Shown here: positions 37,561 to 46,076 of the stretch, piece after piece
How positions within the stretch are numbered: the first letter of the stretch is position 1
Layout of the letters: each line of letters opens with the position of its first letter
Assembly: GCA_051881855.1 (NCBI GenBank)
Contig: JBJEQR010000012.1
Coordinates: 103 to 64,102 of the forward strand
DNA from: Oscillospiraceae bacterium
GTDB taxonomy: Bacteria; Bacillota; Clostridia; Oscillospirales; Ruminococcaceae
Length of the DNA: 64,000 bases
Direction of reading: 5' to 3'
The notes under the pieces: model-generated
The model's database searches: none
What the model was told of the DNA's origin: nothing
The model's input: the letters and a program-made list of their open reading frames with translations, nothing else
Program-made: the position numbers and the translations under genes

Positions 37561-37686
37561 AATAGCGTAAACATGAAAAATGCCATTATTTGCTGCAGCG
37601 GCGCAGAGCTTTGGAAAAGCTCTCACTCCTCTTTTTCTGAGCTTTGCGCCAACTCCCGTAAATTTACCTTTTAAGGAGGTTTCTAT

Positions 37687-38004
37687 ATGGATTACACAGA
37701 AAGCATCAACCAAAGCATCGACTATATCAATGCGCATCTGAAAGAGGACCTCACCGCGGAAAAAATAGCCTCTTACGTAGGCTATTCCGTGTTCCATTTC
37801 TGCCGCATATTCAAGGAATATTCCGGCAAAAGCCTCATGCGCTTTGTAAGAGAAAGAAGGCTTGAAACCGCCGAAAAAGAGGTAGAAAACGGCTGCCGCC
37901 TCTGCGAGGTAGCCTGCAAATACGGATTTGAGACTGCCAGCGGTTTTTCCCGCGCTTATGAAAAGAAATTCGGCGCTCGGCCCGCTAAACGTATGAACGC
38001 ATAA
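37687..38004 (+). CDS. AraC-family regulator consisting only of the dual-HTH DNA-binding domain (MarA/SoxS-sized)
   Basis: A 105-aa protein with IASYVGYSVFHFCRIFKEYSGKS and ACKYGFETASGFSRAYEKKFG. Strong RBS AAGGAGG. Confidence 0.75.
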   Translation: MDYTESINQSIDYINAHLKEDLTAEKIASYVGYSVFHFCRIFKEYSGKSLMRFVRERRLETAEKEVENGCRLCEVACKYGFETASGFSRAYEKKFGARPAKRMNA

Positions 38005-38039
38005 AGCGCAATTCTTATGTAAAAATCTTGCCCATATCC

Positions 38040-38068
38040 TTGACAAACGCCTGCAATTTGGATATAAT
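38040..38068 (+). promoter_or_regulatory. Consensus sigma-A promoter of tRNA-Pro
   Basis: TTGACA at 38040-38045, 17-nt spacer, TATAAT at 38063-38068. Confidence 0.8.
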
Positions 38069-38080
38069 AGAAAGGCTTTC

Positions 38081-38157
38081 CGGGGTGTGGCACAGTTTGG
38101 TAGTGCGCTTGGTTCGGGACCAAGAGGTCGTGGGTTCGAGTCCCGTCACTCCGACCA
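38081..38157 (+). tRNA. tRNA-Pro (anticodon CGG), CCA encoded
   Basis: Cloverleaf folded by hand. Acceptor CGGGGTG/CACTCCG, anticodon stem CTTGG/CCAAG with loop TTCGGGA, T-loop TTCGAGT, 3' ACCA. Confidence 0.9.
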
Positions 38158-38160
38158 GCT

Positions 38161-38206
38161 AAAAACCGCCTGACAATGCGAGTTGTCAGGCGGTTTTCTT
38201 TTTTTG
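38161..38206 (+). terminator. Rho-independent terminator after tRNA-Pro
   Basis: Stem CCGCCTGACAA / TTGTCAGGCGG followed by TTTTCTTTTTTT. Confidence 0.85.
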
Positions 38207-38240
38207 TAACCCGCTTACGCCTTTTTTATGAATGTCACGG

Positions 38241-38280
38241 GAAAACCCACCCGGCGATTTATTCCGCCGGGTGGGTTTTA
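38241..38280 (-). terminator. Rho-independent terminator of the HIRAN-protein gene
   Basis: Stem AAAACCCACCCGGCG / CGCCGGGTGGGTTTT, starting 6 nt beyond the stop codon. The minus-strand reading ends in a T-run. Confidence 0.8.
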
Positions 38281-38285
38281 AAATA

Positions 38286-39791
38286 TCATTTTTCCTCCCA
38301 AAGCTCTGCGCTGATTGCGGGTTCCCCTCGGTTTGCAAAGACGGATACCGCCTTTGCATAAATTATTTGGCCCTCATCCAGCTTTTTGGCAATGGGGATA
38401 TTGTCTTTCCGGGAGAGATAGCCTGTTTTTCGGCCCAAAGCATCCAAAACCATTATGGCATTCTTGTCAAATTCATTGTCCGGTTCCCGGCAAAGCTCCA
38501 GTTTTTCTTCAGGCTCCACCGATGAAACGGCGTCAGGATCGCAGTATTTTGTGCCCACTATAAGGGCGCTGGCGATGAAAACGTCGCTTTCGTTTTCGGG
38601 CTTTGTTTTTCGCGGCTGAAGGCCGGCGATTTTTTTATCCACTGCCTCGAGCTTTGCCGCAAGGGCGGAACGCTCCGATAAAAGCTCGTCAAACTCAAAT
38701 TCGGGAAGTTTGGGCTTTGCGGATACCTTTTGAACTTCAGCGGGCGGAGTTTCCTCTTCGGCAGGCTTTATGGGAACGGGGATTACCGCCTGAGGCTTAA
38801 TAAACGCGGGCTGACCCCAGCATTTTTCATCCATTAGCTTAAGAATTATTTTAGCTTTCAGCGGCTTTCCAAGGGACTCTGCCTCGTTTTTGAGATAGGT
38901 GTAAAACCTCGCCGAGGAGCTTTCCTTTGCGTAACGGCGGCGGTAGTTTAGAGCTGTCTCAATGACATAATCTTTGGTGACACACGGTGAGCAGAGTTTG
39001 TTTTTCAGAAGATATTCGCAGGCGGTTTTGAAATTTTCCACGTCGTCGTGTATTATGCAGAAGCCGAGGAACTGATAGCGGGAGCACCAGAGCGGCTCGC
39101 AATAGCTTTCCAAAAACAGCTTTTTCAAAAGCCCGGGCTTTTCAGCGATGAAGTAATAAAGAAAATGCTCGTCGCTTCGGTAATCGCTGTCAAACATCTC
39201 GTCCGGAATATAGTCCAGATAATTATATTTGTCCACCGTATGATCTGAATCAAAGTTAAGTTCCTCAAGGTAAGTATCTATGACCCATTCCCAGCATTCT
39301 GCCGCCGCCTTTTTATCCACTGAATACAGTTTGGAGAACGTGTCCGGGGCGTCGCCGAATTCATAAAGGGAGAAATTTTCCGCAATGAGGGGGAAATGCT
39401 TCATAATACCAAGGCCGATGTCCTTGCATTTTGTGGGATTTACGTTAGGGGAACTTTTATTTGCCCTGGGCATAAATCCGCTGTTTTGGTGCGGCGATTC
39501 ATTTCCGGCGTGCTCATTTTCTTCATGGCCGTCGCCGTCGCTGTCGTAATAGCCGAAGGAGCTGTGAAAATACGGATCGTCGTCAATATCGTCATCTGGA
39601 AAACAGCAGTTGTCGAATCCGTCGTCGGAACCAAAATCCACGCTGCCGTCATTGCCGGAGGAAAACCCTGTCATGTTGGTACCCATTACGGAGTCATAGG
39701 CAAAATCATTTGAAAGGCGCTCTGTAAAATCGGAGCCGCCGCCGTTGCCGCCAAGGCCGGAAAAGGGCAGCGGACTGCCGCTGAAAGACAT
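38286..39791 (-). CDS. Hypothetical protein: acidic/Gly-rich N-terminus, unknown Cys-rich helical middle, coiled coil, C-terminal HIRAN domain
   Basis: The C-terminus IVGTKYCDPD...LELCREPDNEFDKNAIMVLDALGRKTGYLSRKDNIPIAKKLDEG fits the HIRAN consensus. I prefer ATG 39791 (MSFSGS), which follows AAGGGGGA, over the ORF-track start at 39908. Confidence 0.65.
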   Translation of the reverse strand: MSFSGSPLPFSGLGGNGGGSDFTERLSNDFAYDSVMGTNMTGFSSGNDGSVDFGSDDGFDNCCFPDDDIDDDPYFHSSFGYYDSDGDGHEENEHAGNESPHQNSGFMPRANKSSPNVNPTKCKDIGLGIMKHFPLIAENFSLYEFGDAPDTFSKLYSVDKKAAAECWEWVIDTYLEELNFDSDHTVDKYNYLDYIPDEMFDSDYRSDEHFLYYFIAEKPGLLKKLFLESYCEPLWCSRYQFLGFCIIHDDVENFKTACEYLLKNKLCSPCVTKDYVIETALNYRRRYAKESSSARFYTYLKNEAESLGKPLKAKIILKLMDEKCWGQPAFIKPQAVIPVPIKPAEEETPPAEVQKVSAKPKLPEFEFDELLSERSALAAKLEAVDKKIAGLQPRKTKPENESDVFIASALIVGTKYCDPDAVSSVEPEEKLELCREPDNEFDKNAIMVLDALGRKTGYLSRKDNIPIAKKLDEGQIIYAKAVSVFANRGEPAISAELWEEK

Positions 39792-39906
39792 ATTAAATCC
39801 CCCTTTTGTATCAAATTCCAATTTAATATTATTACTGTTTGCGTCGGTTGTCAACCGCGGCGCCTGCGGCATAAAATGTAGCAAGCATAAAGAAAGGAGG
39901 AGTATC

Positions 39907-40374
39907 ATGCTTTGCTTTCATAGAGATAACGGAAGCGCCTCAAATCTCTGCCGCCCCTGCTCCATGCGTTTTAATGACCGCGGCTCGGAGCCTTTTGCAA
40001 TAAACATTGAACAGGCGGCGGACCAGAACCGGGCGTTCAGGGTAGCCCTGTGGACAGGCCGCTGTCTTCAGCTGACGCTGATGTGTATTACGGAGGACGG
40101 AGAAATAGGGTGCGAAGTACACAGGGATACGGACCAGTTCATAAGGGTAGAATCAGGTCAGGGCACCGTAAGGATGGGTTCCGGAAAGGAAAGAATGAAT
40201 CTGCAAAGGCGTATAGGCGAGGGGGACGCTGTTTTTGTCCCGGCAGGGACTTGGCACAACATAATAAATTCCGGGAACTGCCCGCTAAAGCTCACTTCCA
40301 TATATGCGCCGCCAAACCACCCGCGCGGAACTGTGCACATGACAAAAAAAGATGCCGATAGAGCTGAAAAATGA
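39907..40374 (+). CDS. Cupin-domain protein
   Basis: GCEVHRDTDQFIRVESGQGTVRMG......GDAVFVPAGTWHNIIN are the cupin motifs. ATG 39907 follows AAGGAGGAG. The ORF-track start at 39745 would overlap the divergent gene. Confidence 0.7.
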   Translation: MLCFHRDNGSASNLCRPCSMRFNDRGSEPFAINIEQAADQNRAFRVALWTGRCLQLTLMCITEDGEIGCEVHRDTDQFIRVESGQGTVRMGSGKERMNLQRRIGEGDAVFVPAGTWHNIINSGNCPLKLTSIYAPPNHPRGTVHMTKKDADRAEK

Positions 40375-40383
40375 AAAATGCCC

Positions 40384-40422
40384 GCAGTTTTCCAAAACGG
40401 CGGGCATTTTTTAATCGGTGTA
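40384..40422 (+). terminator. Rho-independent terminator after the cupin gene
   Basis: Stem ATGCCCGC / GCGGGCAT followed by TTTTTT. Confidence 0.8.
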
Positions 40423-40509
40423 AAAATCAAATTTTTTGGAATAGCAAAGTCCTCCGGTGGGATAATAAACTAAGAAATAAATCTTAAAGGAAGAAAAAGG
40501 GGCGGAAAT

Positions 40510-41184
40510 ATGGATTTTGTCAACGTCATTTTGACGGCTCTGCTGTCGGTTTTGACGCTGTTTATCATTGCCAAAATTATGGGGCATAAGCAGGTTGCCC
40601 AGCTCGACTTCTTTGATTATATAACCGGAATCACCATTGGCTCCATTGCGGCGGAGCTTGCAACGGAGCTTGAAACCCCGTGGAAGCCCCTTACAGCCAT
40701 GCTCATCTACGGCTTCACCGCCTTTTTGCTGAGCGTAATGACCAATAAATTTCCGCGCCTGCGCAAATACGTCAACGGTACCCCTACAATTATCATGCAC
40801 GACGGGAAGCTCTATCGGGAGAATATGAAAAAAGCAAAGCTCGATTTGAGCGAATTTATGGTGATGTGCAGGCAGGCTGGCTACTTTAACCTCAATAATA
40901 TTCAGACCGCCGTCTTTGAATATAACGGAAAGCTGTCCATAATGCCCGTCAGCGACCAGCGCCCCGTGACCCCATCCGACATGAGCATGAAGCCGGAAAA
41001 GGAGCATATCTATACCGAAATCATTATGGACGGACGCCTGCTCGAGGAGAATATAAAAAGAGCAAACCTTGAAACGGAGTGGCTTCTGTCCCAGCTGAAA
41101 GCAAAGGGATATAACAGCCCAAAAGAGGTCTATCTCGGCCTTTGCGACGATAAGAAAAACCTGACCCTCTTTTCCGGTGAATAA
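40510..41184 (+). CDS. DUF421 (YetF/YrbG-family) membrane protein
   Basis: MGHKQVAQLDFFDYITGITIGSIAAELA, and C-terminal domain motifs (GTPTIIMHDGKLYRENM, FEYNGKLSIMP). Confidence 0.8.
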   Translation: MDFVNVILTALLSVLTLFIIAKIMGHKQVAQLDFFDYITGITIGSIAAELATELETPWKPLTAMLIYGFTAFLLSVMTNKFPRLRKYVNGTPTIIMHDGKLYRENMKKAKLDLSEFMVMCRQAGYFNLNNIQTAVFEYNGKLSIMPVSDQRPVTPSDMSMKPEKEHIYTEIIMDGRLLEENIKRANLETEWLLSQLKAKGYNSPKEVYLGLCDDKKNLTLFSGE

Positions 41185-41192
41185 AGCTATAT

Positions 41193-41233
41193 AAAAAAGC
41201 GCGGCGCTGTGCAGACAGCTGCCGCGCTTTTTT
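41193..41233 (+). terminator. Rho-independent terminator after the DUF421 gene
   Basis: Stem AGCGCGGC...GCCGCGCT with inner GCTG/CAGC pairing, followed by TTTTTT. Confidence 0.8.
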
Positions 41234-41245
41234 GCGTTTGCCTTC

Positions 41246-41342
41246 AAAAACTGAAAAAACTATTTAGAATTATTTCAAAATATTTATTGACAATGGAAAA
41301 GGAGAATGATATTCTGTATTTAGAAATTTTTCTAAATAGTTT
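41246..41342 (+). promoter_or_regulatory. Sigma-A-type promoter with a 22-bp palindromic operator (copy B of the cassette shared with 4984-5080)
   Basis: -35 TTGACA at 41287-41292, 17-nt spacer, -10 TATTCT at 41310-41315. Palindrome TATTTAGAAA-TT-TTTCTAAATA at 41317-41338. Confidence 0.7.
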
Positions 41343-41472
41343 TAAAATTCGCCGCGGAATTATTAAAATTAACGGTGAAATATTGACAGGAGATGAAACA
41401 GGAAATATAATAAATCAGATGATTTAAAACGAATGATTTAGAATAGATGACTCAAGGAAAGGAAAGTAAGCT

Positions 41473-42054
41473 ATGCCGCCTAAACCGAAATTTACAAGAG
41501 AAAAAATAGTCGCCGCCGCGCTGGATTTGGTGAGCGAGCGGGGAATGGGGGCGTTGACCTCCCGGGATCTTGCCGCAAAGCTCGGAAGCTCCCCCCGTCC
41601 GATTTTTACGGTATTTAAAAATATGGACGAGCTCCAGGAAGAGGTGCGAAATGCGGCGTTGCGGCGATTTGAGGAGTTTGTAAAAAGACCTTCCGATTAT
41701 AAGCCGGAGTTCAAACACTTTGGAATGCAGATGATTCACTTCGCGATTGAGGAGCCGAGGCTGTATCAACTTCTCTATATGACGGAAAGCGGCGCTCCGA
41801 AAAGCTTCGACGACCTTTTCATCCGGCTTGGAGGAGTTGCGGAAACGTCCATCGGCGTTATTGAAGCCGACTACGGACTCACAAGCGAGGAGGCGAAACT
41901 TCTGTTTCGCCAGATATGGATATATACCTTTGGTATCGGCGCGCTTTGCGCTGCCGGCGCCTGCAGCTTCACCGAGGAGGATATTTCCGAGATGCTGAGC
42001 CGCGCCTTTCTGGGAACGATGATGCTTTTGAAATCCGGAAAACAGGGAGAATAA
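41473..42054 (+). CDS. TetR/AcrR-family transcriptional regulator
   Basis: N-terminal HTH (KIVAAALDLVSERGMGALTSRDLAAKLGSSPRPIFTVFKNMDEL) and a helical C-domain. Confidence 0.85.
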   Translation: MPPKPKFTREKIVAAALDLVSERGMGALTSRDLAAKLGSSPRPIFTVFKNMDELQEEVRNAALRRFEEFVKRPSDYKPEFKHFGMQMIHFAIEEPRLYQLLYMTESGAPKSFDDLFIRLGGVAETSIGVIEADYGLTSEEAKLLFRQIWIYTFGIGALCAAGACSFTEEDISEMLSRAFLGTMMLLKSGKQGE

Positions 42055-42144
42055 AAAGCAGGTCAGCCCGCGTTTTTTACAACTTATGCGTAGCGGGGTT
42101 TACACAAAATGCTTTTTGCTGTAGGCTTTGCTGGGGAGAAATTT

Positions 42145-42582
42145 ATGAGAATAACTATAGAAAAAATCAGTCCCGACCTTGAGGAGGAAGTCGTGGTGCG
42201 CTGCCACGAGCCCTCCGCAGACTGGGTGGGTTTTATACAATGCATAAAAAGCGAGGAAAAGGGCATCGTCGGAGAGGCGGACGGAGAAATTTTTCGACTT
42301 AATCTTGATGAAGTTTATTATTTTGAGGTGGTGGACCGGAAAGCGTTCATATATTACCGTGACAAGGTCTATGAAAGCCGCCTGCGGCTCTATGAGTTTG
42401 AGGAAAAATGCCGTGGAACGGCATTTTTCCGGGCGTCAAAGTCAATGATAGTGAACGCTGATAAGATAGACCGCATCGCCCCATCCCTTTCGGGGCGCTT
42501 TACCGCGACGCTGCTGAACGGTGAAAAGGTGATAGTTTCCCGCCAGTATGTTTCCTCGCTGAAGGAAATTCTGGGATTGTGA
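42145..42582 (+). CDS. LytTR-domain DNA-binding protein without a receiver domain
   Basis: The LytTR core is VYYFEVVDRKAFIYYRDKVYESRLRLYEFEEK....FFRASKSMIVNADKI. It is only 145 aa. ATG 42145 follows GGGGAG. Confidence 0.8.
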   Translation: MRITIEKISPDLEEEVVVRCHEPSADWVGFIQCIKSEEKGIVGEADGEIFRLNLDEVYYFEVVDRKAFIYYRDKVYESRLRLYEFEEKCRGTAFFRASKSMIVNADKIDRIAPSLSGRFTATLLNGEKVIVSRQYVSSLKEILGL

Positions 42583-42595
42583 AAGGAGAATCAGC

Positions 42596-43030
42596 ATGAT
42601 ACGGCATGAGCTTATAAATTTTGCAAAACGTTTTGTGGTAATCTATGGTCTGACTATGCTGGCGACGTATTTTATATGCCTGTTTTTCAATCCCGGCGCG
42701 TATCTGGGCGTGGTGGTGTATTTCGGCAGATGCATATGGTTTTCCGCTTTAGCCGACCTTTCAAGCCTTGTGTATATTTCAAATCATGAGCTTTCCCACC
42801 GGGAATGGTGGGTACGCACAATTCTCCACTGCATACTGCTCGAAGCATTTCTGATGCCGCTGGGCTACTACTGGGAGATGTGGAGAGGCGCTTTGGGCGC
42901 AGTGGTATATTTCATAGTCATAATTCTTGTGAAAATCTGCGTGCATCTTGTGGGCTACGGGCAGGACTATGCCGAGGCAACCAGCCTCAACCGCCGCCTG
43001 CGCGAGAGACGCGAAGAGCGGGAAAACTAA
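42596..43030 (+). CDS. Small four-TM membrane protein (DUF3021-like), partner of the LytTR protein
   Basis: Four predicted TM helices and a charged C-tail. It starts immediately after the LytTR gene (14-nt gap). The DUF3021 assignment is from memory. Confidence 0.5.
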   Translation: MIRHELINFAKRFVVIYGLTMLATYFICLFFNPGAYLGVVVYFGRCIWFSALADLSSLVYISNHELSHREWWVRTILHCILLEAFLMPLGYYWEMWRGALGAVVYFIVIILVKICVHLVGYGQDYAEATSLNRRLRERREEREN

Positions 43031-43072
43031 GGCGGAACTCATAATTTATAAATAAATTCCGGAGGAAAGAAT

Positions 43073-43786
43073 ATGTTAAGAATCGAGCATCTCACAAAAA
43101 TATACGGGGACAAAAAGGCTGTGGACGACCTGTCCCTCCATATTTGTCCCGGCGAAATCTACGGTTTTATAGGCCATAACGGAGCAGGAAAGACCACCAC
43201 TATAAAATCCTGCTGCGGGATACTGAAGTATGACAGCGGCGAAGTATATGTCGACGGAGTTTCTATGAAAGAAAACCCCATAGCCTGCAAGGAAAAAATC
43301 GCGTACATACCGGATAATCCGGACCTTTATGAATTTATGACGGGCATACAGTTTCTGAATTTTGTGGCGGATATATTCGGCGTCAGCGCCGAGGACCGCA
43401 GCGAGCGTATCCGCAGGTACGGCGATGCATTTGAGCTTACCTCCGACCTTGCCCAGCCGGTCAGCGCCTACTCCCACGGCATGAAACAGAAGCTCGCCAT
43501 AATTTCTGCTCTTATACATGAGCCCAGGCTGATTATTATGGATGAGCCCTTCGTCGGCCTTGACCCCAAAGCCTCCCATTTGCTCAAAGGCATAATGCGC
43601 GACATTTGCGACAGGGGAGGAGCGATATTCTTCTCCACTCATGTTCTGGAGGTAGCTGAAAAGCTCTGCGACAAGGTCGCCATCATAAAAAGCGGCAGGC
43701 TCATAAAATCCGGCACCATGGAAGAGGTTAAGGGCGACACCTCTCTCGAAGATGTGTTCCTTGAGCTGGAGGAAGAACATGACTAA
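43073..43786 (+). CDS. ABC transporter ATP-binding protein
   Basis: Walker A GHNGAGKTT, signature-like SHGMKQK, Walker B LIIMDEP. Confidence 0.9.
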   Translation: MLRIEHLTKIYGDKKAVDDLSLHICPGEIYGFIGHNGAGKTTTIKSCCGILKYDSGEVYVDGVSMKENPIACKEKIAYIPDNPDLYEFMTGIQFLNFVADIFGVSAEDRSERIRRYGDAFELTSDLAQPVSAYSHGMKQKLAIISALIHEPRLIIMDEPFVGLDPKASHLLKGIMRDICDRGGAIFFSTHVLEVAEKLCDKVAIIKSGRLIKSGTMEEVKGDTSLEDVFLELEEEHD

Positions 43787-45374
43787 AATTTTAATTAAAA
43801 AACAGCTTATGGAGAATTTCTCCTTCTTCTGGCAGGACAGAAAACACAATACGGTGCGCACAGGCGGAAAGCTCGTCCTTTGGATCATGCTTTATGCACT
43901 ACTTTTTCTGTCTCTTTCGCTTATTTTCGGCTCGGTGGCGGTCATGCTGTGCGAAACTTTTGTGGAGGCGGGCCTCGGATGGCTCTATTTCTCGATGATG
44001 GGCCTTATGGCAATTGCCATAGGCGCCTTTGGCAGCGTGCTGAACACCTACGCCACGCTCTATCAGGCGAAGGACAACGACATGCTCCTTGCCATGCCCG
44101 TTAAACTTGGAAAGCTGCTTATTGCCCGCCTTTCGGGCGTATATGCCATGGGGCTTCTCTATGAACTTCTGGTCATGGTACCGGTGCTCATAATATATTA
44201 CTTAGTTGCAAAGCCGGGAATTGCCTCTGTGATGCTCTCCCTCCTTGTGACCCTTGTAATCTCGATATTTATACTCACCCTTTCAGCGGTGCTCGGGTGG
44301 GCGGTGGCCGCCGTCGGCAGTAAAACGAAGCACAAGAGCTTTGTTACGGTGATTCTTTCCCTCGGCTTTATCGCCGGATATTACTATGTTTACAGCAAAG
44401 CCTACGGTATGATTCAGAATGTACTAATGGAGCCGGAAACGGCGGCGGATTTCATAAGGAAAAAGCTCTATCCCGTCTATGAAATGGGCCTTGCCGCGGA
44501 GGGCGACTTTGTCGCTTTCCTGATTTTCGCGGCAATGGTGCTCGCCGTTTTTGCGGCAGTATATTTCGTGCTCGAAAAGAGCTACATAAAAATCGCAACT
44601 GCGAACAAAGGCGAAGCCAAGAAGGCATATAAGGAGCGGGCCTCCAAAGCCGGAACCGTGAGCGGCGCTCTGATTCGCAAGGAGGCAAAGCATTTCTTCG
44701 CAAGTCCGAACTATATGCTCAACTGCGGGCTTGGAATTGTGTTCATGGCTATCGCGGCGGTGTTTGTCCTCATCAAGGGCGAAATGTTTTACGGGATAGT
44801 ATCCAGCGTATTCGGCGCTGATTACGGCTTTGTTTCTCTGCTTGTCTGCGGCGCTGTGTGCCTTATGTCCTGCATGAACGACATTTCCGCCCCTTCGGTT
44901 TCTTTGGAAGGGAAAAGTATCTGGCTCCTGCAGTCCCTTCCCGTGACCGGGTGGCAGGCTTTGCGGGCAAAGCTCGCTTTCCACCTGATAGCGAGCCTTG
45001 TTCCTCTTGTTTTTCTGACCCTCAGCCTTGAGGTCGTGCTCAGACCAACGTTCGAATATGCTGCTTTGATTTTGATAACGGTGACTGCTTTCGCTGTTTT
45101 TATGGCGGAGCTCGGGCTTTTCGTAAATCTTCTCACTCCGAACCTAAACTGGACCAGCGAGATCGTTCCGATAAAGCAAAGCGCCGCTGTTATGATAGTC
45201 CTCCTCGGAGGATGGGCCTTCCTGGCCGCCCTCGGCGGGCTTTACTTTGCGGTGCTGAATTTTGTGAGCCCGCTTCTGTATATGCTTTTTGCCGCAGTGC
45301 TGTTTATTGCGGCTTCTGCCGGTTTGTTTTTATGGCTCAAAAACAAAGGCGCAGAGATTTTTGAAAACCTGTAA
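43779..45374 (+). CDS. Large polytopic permease partner of the ABC ATPase (putative ABC exporter membrane protein)
   Basis: About 530 aa with many TM helices. ATG 43779 overlaps the ATPase stop by 8 nt. Confidence 0.65.
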   Translation: MTKILIKKQLMENFSFFWQDRKHNTVRTGGKLVLWIMLYALLFLSLSLIFGSVAVMLCETFVEAGLGWLYFSMMGLMAIAIGAFGSVLNTYATLYQAKDNDMLLAMPVKLGKLLIARLSGVYAMGLLYELLVMVPVLIIYYLVAKPGIASVMLSLLVTLVISIFILTLSAVLGWAVAAVGSKTKHKSFVTVILSLGFIAGYYYVYSKAYGMIQNVLMEPETAADFIRKKLYPVYEMGLAAEGDFVAFLIFAAMVLAVFAAVYFVLEKSYIKIATANKGEAKKAYKERASKAGTVSGALIRKEAKHFFASPNYMLNCGLGIVFMAIAAVFVLIKGEMFYGIVSSVFGADYGFVSLLVCGAVCLMSCMNDISAPSVSLEGKSIWLLQSLPVTGWQALRAKLAFHLIASLVPLVFLTLSLEVVLRPTFEYAALILITVTAFAVFMAELGLFVNLLTPNLNWTSEIVPIKQSAAVMIVLLGGWAFLAALGGLYFAVLNFVSPLLYMLFAAVLFIAASAGLFLWLKNKGAEIFENL

Positions 45375-45386
45375 GCGAGGTGCGCT

Positions 45387-46076
45387 ATGAAAATACTTGT
45401 TTTTAACGGCAGTCCCAAGCGGGAAAAGAGCGACACTATGCACGTCACCCGCGCTTTTACGGCCGGGATAGGGGACGCTGCCGAAACGGAAATTACCACT
45501 ATAAATATCATTGATAAGCACATAGAGTACTGCACCGGCTGTTTTTCCTGTATGAGGAACGGCGGCTCCTGCATGCATAACGACGACATGGAGGGCATTC
45601 TCAGGGAGATCCTCGCTTCGGATCTGCTGATATTCAGTTTTCCACTTTACTGCTACGGAATGCCAGCGCCGCTAAAGGCGCTTTTGGACCGCACTCTGCC
45701 GCTCAGCTCAATGGCCATGGAGCAGGTGGGCGACCACTATGAGCACAAAGCCCAAAAGGATTTTTCAGGGCTTCGCTATGTGATGATCTGCGGCTGCGGC
45801 TTTCCGAACAGCAATAATAACTTTGAAGCCATGGCTATGCAGTTCAAAATGATGTTCCGCAGCAATTCCACGGTCATAACCGTTCCGGAATCACCGATGT
45901 TCAATGCTCCGGAGGCGGAGAGCGTCACTAAGCCGTTTCTGGAGCTTGTCCGCAGTGCGGGCCGGGAGTACGGAGAAAAGGGCGAAATATCGACGGGAAC
46001 TTTGGAGCGGCTTTCAGTTCCGATGATTCCGCAGGAGGTCTACGCCAAAATCGTCAATGAAGGAGTAAACGCATGA
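45387..46076 (+). CDS. Flavodoxin-like fold FMN reductase / iron-sulfur flavoprotein-type protein
   Basis: MKILVFNGSPKREKS at the N-terminus, CTGCFSC motif, and FSFPLYCYGMPAPLKALLDR. Confidence 0.7.
   Translation: MKILVFNGSPKREKSDTMHVTRAFTAGIGDAAETEITTINIIDKHIEYCTGCFSCMRNGGSCMHNDDMEGILREILASDLLIFSFPLYCYGMPAPLKALLDRTLPLSSMAMEQVGDHYEHKAQKDFSGLRYVMICGCGFPNSNNNFEAMAMQFKMMFRSNSTVITVPESPMFNAPEAESVTKPFLELVRSAGREYGEKGEISTGTLERLSVPMIPQEVYAKIVNEGVNA

Noticed and set aside
37504-38046. A 180-aa minus-strand ORF covering the riboswitch terminators and the small AraC gene. I also considered a 33-codon plus-strand ORF at 37572-37673.
   Set aside because: The minus ORF is antisense to a well-supported HTH gene and starts inside the tRNA promoter. 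The short plus ORF (MKNAIICCSG...) has no RBS. Neither is credible as a riboswitch cargo gene.
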